A DNA stretch of 64,000 nucleotides from Proteromonas lacertae (taxonomy: Eukaryota): the NCBI GenBank assembly GCA_002245135.1, contig NGBS01000873.1, positions 310,001 through 374,000 of the forward strand, written 5' to 3'. The position numbers and the translations under genes are program-made. The notes below the pieces were generated by a model. That model saw only the letters and a list, made by a program, of their open reading frames with translations, was not told where the DNA came from and did not search any database. Below are positions 12,019-22,579 of the stretch, in pieces. Each line of letters starts with the position of its first letter. Within the stretch, counting starts at the first letter, position 1.

Positions 12019-13140
12019 TTAATATATTTTTGCACTCATCGCTAAAGTGCCATTTCTTTCAGCTGTTCTTACTAGCGTCTCACATCTTTTAGCAGCCATT
12101 TTTGCAATTTCAACTTTTCTCTCCCAATTATCAATCATTTTCTTTAATTCAGCTTCTTCTGCTCTTTGTAATACATAATTATACACATCAGGCATATCCT
12201 TAGTTTCTTCTATATTTTCTTTTAATTTGATATTAATTGGTCTAGTTTTATTTATTTCTTGCTTAACAGTTACACTCTCTACTTTAACATGTTCAAGCTG
12301 GCTTGATCTATTCTTAATATCTTCTTCACAATCTTCAGTTTCTTTAATTATCGCTAATAATTGCGTTTTCAAATGATTTAAGTATTGCAATGTTTTACCT
12401 GCTGTCATTTTAAGATTCAGTAACTCTTGATTTCTTTCTTCTATCTTTTGTGCAAATTGTTTATTTTCAATTTGAAGTTGGTGGAAATCTATATAATGTA
12501 GAACTTCACCTAATTCTTCCTTTTGTTTTAACGTCGATTCGGTTTTCTTACATTTTGCTTTCAAAGTTACCGTTTTTAATCTCAATTTTTCTATTAAAGC
12601 ATCCTTTTGTCGTAATTTTTCTTCCATATATCTTATTATCTTCTCTGCCTTTGTTTTACCTGATTTACCATCTTCACCAGACAATACAACCTCTTTTTTA
12701 AATTCATATGATTCTTTCTTTAGTTCATTTAACCTTACATCAGCAGCTTCTGTTAAAGCCTTTAAAGTATCTAAAAACTTCTCTGATTTCTTTTTTGTTT
12801 CTTCAATCTTCTTCTGTAATTCATCTAATTCGCTTATTGATATTCCTAACTTTTGAGCTATACATTTTATATTATATTTAGATTTATACTGTTGGTTAGT
12901 TCTGTTATTCTCTGTAATGTCTTACCTCGAGTCTTAGGTGTTGATTTTACATCTTGTCGAGGATCCATCTATCCTATAATAATAAATATCAATACAGCAT
13001 GGCGATTTAAATATGATTCGAATAATGAGTTTTCTTTTGACAGCATATCATTTTGTTTTAGTATTTCATCAAGCTAATCACTAGCATAATATGAATAATA
13101 CTCTATTTTGTAATTCTATCTCTTGGCCAACGAAATCCAT
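12019..13140 (-). CDS. CCDC113: CCDC113/CFAP263-like axonemal coiled-coil protein (DUF4201)
   Basis: The spliced N-terminus contains ENSLFESYLNRH. The C-terminal part has AEKIIRYMEEKLRQKDALIEKLRLK...QKEELGEVLHYIDFHQLQIENKQF..KIEERNQELL.LK...PDVYNYV...NWERKVEIA. Confidence 0.85.
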
Positions 13141-13165
13141 TCAAAAATAAATAAAAACGGAATAT

Positions 13166-13918
13166 TCAAACTTTTTGCTTGAGTTTTTTTTTTTTTTTTT
13201 TTCTTGATTGAAGTGTTGTAAGCTTAGAAAAAATACAATATTAATTAATTATATGTAGTTTAAGTCACAATAGAACTAATACCAAATAAAGAAGGTTCAA
13301 GTCTATTATTTGAAGAGTTAAATGATAAAGAGCATTCAGATATGTAATATCAACGGTTTTCATGTAATACTAGACTATTGAAATAACAAAATTTAACATA
13401 AACACCTGGAAAGAGGGAATAGTTACATCTGCAGTTGTTTCATTTTCTACAGATATAATAATAGATAATTGTTATATCACAGATAAATCTAATACTCTAG
13501 AAGTAAAAGTAGATGATTTAATAACAGAAAATAGTGAAAATATATATAATATAATGAAATCTATTGGATATGAAGTAAATGATTCAATAATTCATGATCC
13601 ATTATTACCCTATTATAATAAGAATGAAGTGAATTATGAAGTCTTTATTTCGAAACAACCTAAATATGATGTAAATGAATGTAAATCTGAAAGAATGATG
13701 AAAATGATATATTCTTCATCATATTTGCTAATGATTATAATGATAATATCAGTGATTGTTATGATAGTAATTATATTAATATATAATAATAATGAGATTA
13801 ATAATGTAAATGCGAATGTGAATGATGTTGAAGGAGTTGGATTTGAAGAAGAATGTAAAGATAGTTCTTATACTCGAATAGTGATGAATGATGTATAATA
13901 ATTTATGGTAATTTAATA
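13166..13918 (+). pseudogene. Internally deleted duplicate of the 16237-17945 membrane-protein gene
   Basis: 13392-13918 matches 17439-17965 (offset 4047, one mismatch seen). The diverged 5' remnants at 13266-13370 resemble 16473-16530 and 16603-16640. The upstream motif tcaaactttt(t)gcttga is shared (13166 vs 16150). Confidence 0.8.
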
Positions 13919-14006
13919 ATGATAATTTAAATTTGCTCTATCCTTCTTTAATTTGTTTTTTTAATATTTTGAAACGAACAAATTATTATAGCTTGTTGAA
14001 GCTTGA

Positions 14007-14783
14007 ATGATATTTTATTCTTTCCCTTTATTCTTGTTATGTACTATAAGTATACTACTATTAATAGAATTTTATTATATGTATGTATTTAATGAAGTAG
14101 ATAAGGATGATTATAAACCAAAATATAAATATTTACAGATTTATGTTACTTGTGGCAATGCTACATTCAATGTATCCACCTCACCAATTCCAACTTATCA
14201 TATACAATGTGATCCAGAATATAAAAGTATTCAATGCTTAGAACATGGTCTTTATCTTAAATTTATTCTTGATCATTACGATAAACCACTTGCAGAGGTA
14301 TATTTTTTTGCTCATGGTCATGATGTAGCATGGCATTATATTGAGCCATATTTTCATAAAGTGAATCAAGTTTTATTATCAAAAGAATTCGAAACTGACG
14401 CTTATGGAGGAATAGAATGCGTGTATAACACATGTCCAACTATTAATTCTCCTCGTTTCTATTCAATATATAATGAACTATTCAAGAACACATCAATGGA
14501 ATATAATCTATTCCCAGATTGGCAATACCCTTGTTGTGGTACATTTTTTGTAAGAAGCTCACAAATCAGAATGAGACCAAAGTCCGATTATCAGCAAATA
14601 CTCAAGAATATGTATAATTGGAATATATACGAATATCCTAAAACTGGCTGGACTAGACCAAGCTCTTTTTATTGTTCTAGGATTTATGAAGCAACATACC
14701 ACATCTTGTTTGTTAATAAATCAAAAATTGCTGTTCCTAGTCATTGTCCTTATACAAAATACAATGCCTGTTGGTATAAATGA
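14007..14783 (+). CDS. DUF3431-family protein with an N-terminal signal anchor; intronless
   Basis: EHGLYLKFILDHYD, FFAHGHDVAWH, PCCGTFFVRSSQIRMRPKSDY and SRIYEATYHILF match the DUF3431 motif pattern. Confidence 0.75.
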   Translation: MIFYSFPLFLLCTISILLLIEFYYMYVFNEVDKDDYKPKYKYLQIYVTCGNATFNVSTSPIPTYHIQCDPEYKSIQCLEHGLYLKFILDHYDKPLAEVYFFAHGHDVAWHYIEPYFHKVNQVLLSKEFETDAYGGIECVYNTCPTINSPRFYSIYNELFKNTSMEYNLFPDWQYPCCGTFFVRSSQIRMRPKSDYQQILKNMYNWNIYEYPKTGWTRPSSFYCSRIYEATYHILFVNKSKIAVPSHCPYTKYNACWYK

Positions 14784-14956
14784 AGTATTTATAATTATTT
14801 ATCTGTGTGTCTATTTTTTGTCTTAATTATCTCTCTAACATACTAATAAAAAATAAACAGAATTTTTGAATATTTTCAAGCCAAGTTATTTTTTCGTTAT
14901 AAACCGTTACACTTAATTAGACCGTTTTTTTTATTTGATTTTAACTGTTTAATAAA

Positions 14957-16018
14957 ATGGGTATGGACTTTGCTAAGAAATGTATATTTGCTTAATATTA
15001 ATATTTAGGTGAGTGGGATTTGTTTTGGCCTGCTTTAACCTGGACTTTCCTTGGAGTTGGTATAATTCAATATTTTTATTGAGTAGGACTTGACAAAATG
15101 AAAGAAGAACACTACGGTAACATTCCAGAAGCATTAGGTATGGTAGCTGTGATAATTGGAGGAGTGATGTGTGGTTTATCTTTACTTTTGATGATTTTCA
15201 AACTTATTTCAGGCGGAAAGGCGGGAGGTAAAGATTTCATTGAACCATCAAATTACCATAAAATTCAATTCATAATCTGCTGGCTTGTTGCATTAGCTCA
15301 ATATTTAGATAGTAGTAATAACTATGATAATTCAATTACTTATATAGTAGTTGTATTACAAATGTTGTTTATCTTTGGATTTTGCTGTATCTGGTGCTTA
15401 TATCCTGGTAAAAAGAATGTTTGTATGGAAATGTTAATTACATTTTTAAGTTTTCGTGCTACAGCTAGTTTAGCGGGAGGAGCATGGTTTGATGTATGGA
15501 AGGAAATGTTTGCTTCAGCTGCAACAATGTTACAAATTCTATCATTCATAACACTTTTAGTAAATTCTGATGAAGCTATGTCAGATAAGAATGGATCAGC
15601 TACAGTAGCATGCTATATCGCTATGTTATATGGTAGTGAGACATATACTAGTAGATGGGGTCGTACACTTGCTGATAATGCTACACCTACTCCTGATTGG
15701 AATACTGATTGGAATAATTTACGTTATACTCCAAGTGTATACGTTGGATGTTCATTATTGTTGTTATGTTTATTCCACTGGCAATCAAAGTTAGATTTTT
15801 CAATTAGATATGATTGGTTAGTATTCTTTGCTCCATTCGGTATTTGTGCTCCAGTATTTGGTCAATATGGTGCTCAATATGATAATGATACTCATCATGG
15901 TATTGCTATTTGTGAATTTATTGTTGCTGCAATTTGTGGAGTTATTCAAATTGTTATGTGGTTTTTGGTAGTTATTAAATCTCCTGCTCCATCTTCTAAA
16001 GTAGCAGCAGCATCATAA
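14957..16018 (+). CDS. Polytopic membrane protein of unknown function (about 9-10 TM)
   Basis: ATG at 14957 and two 27-nt introns give MGMDFAKKCEWDLFWPALTWTFLGVGLDK, joined to the 306-aa ORF. It has many hydrophobic segments. Confidence 0.8.
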
Positions 16019-16236
16019 AGGATATTATTATGATTATTATTATTTCTTCTTCTTTTATTTTTAAAAATAGTATTTATGTGTTGTTTAGGGTAATATGATA
16101 AAGAAAACAATTTATATAAAATGGTTACTTTTATAAAGAAAAGAAAATCTCAAACTTTTGCTTGATTTATTTAATAAAACTTCTTACACCAGTAATTACA
16201 TATTCTTTTGATTTTATAAATTATTACTGAAATAAT

Positions 16237-17945
16237 ATGAAAATTTTTATATTGATTTTATTAGTTTATCTACCATTTACAATAAAAGGAGCAAATTTAA
16301 CAAATGAAGATCAAAAAACTAGTTTAAATCAAAGAAATGATAATATTAAATTTTTAAATATGCTAAAGAAAGGAGGAGAAGTAGAAATATGTGAAAGATT
16401 GAGTATTGACTTGAATACTTGGAAACCAATAACTCCAAGTATAAATAAATTAACAGGAAATGTTAAAAATGCTACAATTGAACTAATTCCAAATGTAGAT
16501 GGTTCAATACTATTATTTGAAGAGTTAAATGCTATTGAGATAGTTAATATAAATATAAAAATACAATCAACTATCGTTTATTAAAAGCGGAATAATAAAA
16601 AACATTCAGAGGTGTAAAATTAATGGTTTTCATGTAGTATTAAATGATCCAAATATCAGAATTATCAAAAAGTATTGGTTTAATAAGTAATTCAATCTAT
16701 TCCAGTGAATTGAATGATGTTGGAATATTATTTAATAAGATGGATATTAGATATTGTGATGATTATAAAGCACAAAGGTTTAGTTTAATTAGTTTGACAG
16801 TAGTAAATGAAAAAGAAACTAATTATGAAGGAATATTTGTGAAGGGAAATTCTATATATTTAGATGGTGTACATACAGCAATAGAAAGTGGGTTGTTATT
16901 TTATTCAATAAAAAATGTATATTTTAACTACACTGTGATTGATATTAATCGTATTTATTTTCATATCCAATCTGCATTATCATACAGTTTATTTATTTAC
17001 AAAACAGACTCAATAGTAAGAATAGAAAATATATTTTTAATAATTAGAAATAGTTTTGGTTATAGTGATTATAATAGTATAGGCACAAATACTCTTATAT
17101 CAGGATTAGTACATGACAGTTATCATCAATTAATTATTAACCATTGTTCAATATATATTCATTTTCATGAAATGTCATTTAATATATTTAAAGGCAAGAA
17201 GAATAAATCTAATAAAAGAAGCATGTATGTCTCAATGATAGTAGATAAAACTCATTCAAATGTTGATATTAATTATTTACATGTGGATGTTATTTTTGAT
17301 CAAGAATTTAAAAATAAAGAGGAAGTATACATTGGTTTATGTTTTTCAAATTCATTAAAATGTTATAGAAAAGCAATTAAACATTTTTCTTTTGTTGCAG
17401 ATGAATCTTACAGTTTGGTAAAAATAAGTAATAGTTATTTTAACATAAACACTTGGAAAGAGGGAATAGTTACATCTGCAGTTGTTTCATTTTCTACAGA
17501 TATAATAATAGATAATTGTTATATCACAGATAAATCTAATACTCTAGAAGTAAAAGTAGATGATTTAATAACAGAAAATAGTGAAAATATATATAATATA
17601 ATGAAATCTATTGGATATGAAGTAAATGATTCAATAATTCATGATCCATTATTACCCTATTATAATAAGAATGAAGTGAATTATGAAGTCTTTATTTCGA
17701 AACAACCTAAATATGATGTAAATGAATGTAAATCTGAAAGAATGATGAAAATGATATATTCTTCATCATATTTGCTAATGATTATAATGATAATATCAGT
17801 GATTGTTATGATAGTAATTATATTAATATATAATAATAATGAGATTAATAATGTAAATGCGAATGTGAATGATGTTGAAGGAGTTGGATTTGAAGAAGAA
17901 TGTAAAGATAGTTCTTATACTCGAATAGTGATGAATGATGTATAA
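16237..17945 (+). CDS. Type I membrane/surface protein; frame broken around 16560-16660 (pseudogene or consensus error)
   Basis: Signal peptide MKIFILILLVYLPFTIKG, a beta-rich ectodomain, TM YLLMIIMIISVIVMIVIILIY and a short tail. The two ORFs are not joined by any obvious intron. Confidence 0.6.
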
Positions 17946-18079
17946 TAATTTATGGTAATTTAATATATTTTATGGTGATATATGTTTCTTTTGATTATTA
18001 GAATTAAAAATATATAAATAATAATAATCAATTAAAATAATAAAGTGTTTTTAAAAAATTCTATACAAAATATATTTAT

Positions 18080-19495
18080 CTAATCTTCAAGTTCATATTC
18101 TCCATCAGATCCTTCTGTTTTAGGAATAGATATTTCATTACTATTCTTTCTTAGATCTTCTTCTTCTTCTTCCTCTTCCTCTTCTTCTTCGTTTGCTTCT
18201 CCTCCTTCTTCTTCAACATCTTCAACATCTTCAACATCTACTTTTTGTTTCTTTTCTTTCTTACTTTTCTTCTCAGCTCTTTTTGCTCTCTTTTCTTCTA
18301 ATCCTTCATTATGTTCTTTTGCCATTTTTATATATTTCTCTTTCTGTTTATCATTAAATCTATTCCACTCTTTTCTACATGCAGTTGCATTCTTACCAAT
18401 ACTCTTTTGGGACTTTATATATTGAGATAAACCAGCAGCATCTTCTTTATTAGCTTTCACTATATCAGGATGTTCAGCTTCCCATTCAGATAGTTTTCGA
18501 TTGTATTCTTCTTTTTCTTTTTCAGCTTTCTTTGTGTATTCTGCTTTTTCATCATCAGTTAATGCTTTCCATTTTTCTCCTAATACTTTAGACACATCGG
18601 TTAATGATAATGATGGATTTTCTGCTTTTACTTCATCTCTATGTTCACCACTAAATATAAAATAAGCTGTTTTAGGTTTGGCTGGAGGATCATTTTTCTT
18701 TTCTTCCTTCATTTCTTCATTATATCTTTCTTTATCAGTTGCTGCTTTTTCATTATAAGGAGCTTTATCTTCTTCACTTAATTCTTTCCAAGCTACCCCT
18801 AATAACCTCATTATTTCTGGCTGATCAGCATCAGGGTGTTCTTCTTTTATTTTTGGTCTTTGATCTATACAGAAATAATTGTAAGCACTTTTTGCTTTTA
18901 CAGGACCTGATTTTGCTGATTTTTTGCTTCTTTTATTATTAGCTAAATCTGGATTAGATTCTTTATAGGCTTCATTTTCTTTTTCATATCTTTCTTTATC
19001 TACTGCTGCTCTTTCATTGTATGGTCTTTTCTCTTCTTCCGACAATTCTTTCCATTTCTTTGCACATACTTTAGATAAATTACCAAAATCCTTAGTTGAG
19101 CTTTCTTCCATTAATTGTTTTCTATAATCTGTAGTAAAGTAAGTGTATGCATTACATGGTTTCTTTGGTTTCTAAATATTATAGAATGAGAAATGTAATT
19201 AATACGCTGTCATCCTTCACTTTCTTCTCTCTCTTTCTTTTTGTTGGAGCTTCTTCTTCAGAAGCATCAACACTATTGAGTTTGGACGCAATGACTTTAA
19301 CTAATTCTGTGATACCCTTTTTCTCTGAAGCCAAAGATCCTTCTGGCTTGCCTAGTGCTCGCTCTAAGTATGATCTAACTAATTTTGGTGTCAAATCTCT
19401 ATTTGTATTACGAATTATTGTTTTTTATACTCTTCTGAATGTTCTAACAATATCTTTTTAATATGTTCTTTATACTTCTTCTCGTCGAAACCCAT
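18080..19495 (-). CDS. Multi-HMG-box chromatin protein with an N-terminal DEK-C-like domain and an acidic tail
   Basis: DLTPKLVRSYLERALG...EKKGITELV is DEK_C-like. HMG boxes include PVKAKSAYNYF...LGVAWKELSEEDKAPY and PAKPKTAYFIF...LGEKWKALTDDEKAEY. Poly-E tail; two introns. Confidence 0.85.
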
Positions 19496-19666
19496 TCTAG
19501 TAAAATAAAGTCTGTTTAGAAGGGATAAATTACAAATTCGCTAAAAGAATTGATTTTATAAGTTTTACGGGTGAGTGATTAGTTCATAAATACAACAGAA
19601 ATAAGAAAATGCAGTAAGACTATATATATACGATTTTCAAAACCTCTAAAAATAAAAAAAAGGATG

Positions 19667-19680
19667 TTTTGGCGCGAAAA
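19667..19680. promoter_or_regulatory. Overlapping/palindromic E2F-binding site TTTTGGCGCGAAAA
   Basis: The reverse complement contains TTTCGCGCCAAA, the classic dual E2F element. It lies about 170 nt upstream of the HMG gene ATG and is GC-rich in an AT-rich spacer. Confidence 0.6.
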
Positions 19681-20500
19681 CAGAGTGAGTTTAATGAAAA
19701 ATAGTAATTCATACTGCATTAAGCCTAAAGATTTTTAAAATGCCATTTTCTGTTTTTAACCAAACTGAAGTTATGAAATGCTTTTTATCTCGTTGATACA
19801 CTATTTTTTGTTCGATTAAATGATGTATATACTATATATAAGTCATTTTTGTGATTTTGTGTTGCTTGTATATAAACGAAGTATTTTTATGTAAGTTACT
19901 TCAGGTATTTTGTGAGTAAATTTATACTGTTGAAAGATATAAATGTCATAAATGTCTTTATAATTCAAACATAACACTCTCATAACACATAATACTTACA
20001 TTTTCTAAGTGGTTGGTATTTATTTATCACAAGAAGAAATAATAAACAGTAAATATTAAGGGTATATTGAATTCTGCATTTCATGGGGTTGTCTAGTAAC
20101 ACTTGATTAAGCAATAAAATCTATTCATTCATTCCTTAGCTACCATAAAAAGTTAGATTGGTATGACGATTCAAAATACTGAACTTGCCAATGAATATTA
20201 ATTTCATTAGAATATAATATTGTATTTTAAACTATAAAACAGTAAGAGTAATGAATAGAGGTTTAGAAGAAAGATTTCTTTACTGATTCTTACAGTATTA
20301 ATTGCATAAGGTGTAATAATATTGCATTACGCTGCAATACAGCATAATTCTGCATTTAAATTCTCACTTCTTGGTGAATAGAAACTTCGAAAGATGAAAA
20401 TTTAAAAAGAAAAAATACATAAATACACTAAATACATTTGTATTAGCTTTAAAAAGTATCAAACTTCTAATTAATGAAGCCTCATCCATTTTTGAGAATC

Positions 20501-20540
20501 AGCCAATCAAATCGCTGAAATCGATATGAATAGCCAATAA
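20501..20540 (+). promoter_or_regulatory. Tandem CCAAT boxes upstream of PCCB
   Basis: AGCCAATCAAAT at 20501 and AGCCAATAA at 20532, 31 nt apart, 60-100 nt before the ATG at 20600. Confidence 0.55.
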
Positions 20541-20599
20541 ATCTTCTACATCATCTTAACCACTCTTTAAAGATCCCCTTACATTTCAATCATTTTATC

Positions 20600-22383
20600 A
20601 TGCTTTCCCTCGTTCGTAGTTCTGGAAAATTATTCTGTCAACAGAATTTCTTACGTTCAGCTGCTGTATGCATTTATACTATAACAACTTATAAATTTAT
20701 AAATCTATCAGCCATTCTTCATAAACTGCAAATGTTATTACATTTTCAGTTTATTATATTTTTTATAATACTTAAAACTCATTTATAGATGTATATTAAT
20801 CTTTTTATAGACACAAGCTGTTGATTTAAATAAACCATTTGCCGAACGTCTCCAAGAAGTACGTTCAAAAGCCATTGAAGGTGGAGGTAAAGCTAGAAAT
20901 GATAAACAAGTATTTTAATTCAAATTTATTTAATCAATAGCACAAAAGAGGCAAGTTAACCGCCAGAGAAAGATTAGATTTATTATTAGATGTTGGTTCA
21001 TTCAGAGAATATGATATGTTAAAAGAACACAGATGCACCAATTTTGGTTTAGATAAAATCCATTATCCAGGTGATGGTGTTGTTACTGGTCGTGGTACAA
21101 TCAATGGTCGTCCAGTCTTCGTATACTCACAAGATTTCGGTGTTATTGGTGGATCTTTATCAGAAACACACGCTGAAAAAATATGCAAAATAATGGATGC
21201 TGCTATGACTATTGGATGTCCAGTTATTGGATTAAACGATTCAGGAGGTGCTCGTATTCAAGAAGCCACCGGTTCATTAGCTGGTTACACTGAGATTTTC
21301 AAGAGAAATACTTTAAGCTCTGGTGTTATTCCACAAATCTCATTAATTATGGGACCATGTGCAGGAGGTGCTGTCTATTCCCCAGCTATTACTGATTTCA
21401 CATTCATGGTTAGAGATACATCCTATATGTTCATCACAGGACCAGAAGTTGTAGAAGCTGTTACAAGAGAAAAGGTAAGTCAAGAAGAATTAGGTGGTGC
21501 TAAAGTACATTGCACTAAATCAGGTAATGCTGCTGGTGCTTATGATAATGATGTTGAATTATTAAGAGCCATGAGAGAATTCTTTGATTATTTACCATTA
21601 AATAACACATGTCCACCACCAAGAAGACCATGCAACGATCCAAGAACAAGATTAGACAAAGCCTTAGCTACAGTCTGTCCAGCTGATCCAAATGTACCAT
21701 ATGATATTAAGAAAGTAGTAAGAATGGTAGTAGATGACAGAGAATTCTTTGAAATCCAACCAGAATTCGCAAAGAACATTGTAATTGGTTTTGCTAGAAT
21801 GGAAGGTAAGACTGTTGGTGTAGTTGCCAATCAACCATTCGCCTTAGCTGGTTGTTTAGATATCAATGCTTCAGTAAAAGGTGCTAGATTTGTAAGATTC
21901 TTAGATGCTTTCAATATTCCAATCATTACATTCGTTGATGTTCCTGGTTTCTTACCTGGTGTATCACAAGAACATAATGGTATTATCAGAAACGGTGCTA
22001 AATTAATTTATGCCTATGCTGAAGCTACAGTACCAAAAGTCACTGTTATTACAAGAAAGAGTTATGGTGGTGCTTATTGTGTCATGAGTTCAAAACATTT
22101 AAGAGGTGATTGCAACTATTCATGGCCAAGTGGTGAAATTGCTGTTATGGGAGCTGATGGTGCTATTAAGATTATCTTCAGAAACGATCCATCAAAGATT
22201 GCTAAGAATGCTGCTGAATATAAATATAACTTTGCTAATCCATTAGAAGCTGCTAAAAGAGGTTTCATTGATGACATTATTGATCCATGCACAACAAGAC
22301 AAAGAATTTGTGAAGATTTAGAATTCTTAGAAACTAAGAAATTGACAAATCCATGGAGAAAACACGGTAATATTCCTCTTTAA
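20600..22383 (+). CDS. PCCB: Propionyl-CoA carboxylase beta chain, with a mitochondrial/MRO presequence
   Basis: Presequence [70 protein letters not shown] and C-terminal [10 protein letters not shown]; two introns. Confidence 0.97.
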
Positions 22384-22579
22384 ACAGTGGTTAAATAACC
22401 TACTTAGTCTTAACCTATAACATTGTTTTATTTTGGGTTTATTAGTTAGTATGAAATGACAAAATTAAACCAAGCTTTATGGTTTGTACAGAAAAAATCA
22501 CATCACTTTTTAATAGAGTTTTTTTTGCATTTTGTCCTTATTTTATTATATATATAACACTATTTTATAAATATACTAT

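Noticed and set aside
13184..13202. Poly-T tract as a retrocopy poly(A) tail
   Set aside because: It lies at the 5' side of the plus-strand duplicate, which retains upstream promoter-like sequence, so DNA-level duplication fits better.
20320..20339. Hairpin TATTGCA-ttacgc-TGCAATA in the HMG/PCCB spacer
   Set aside because: A single 7-bp AT-rich stem with no other support.
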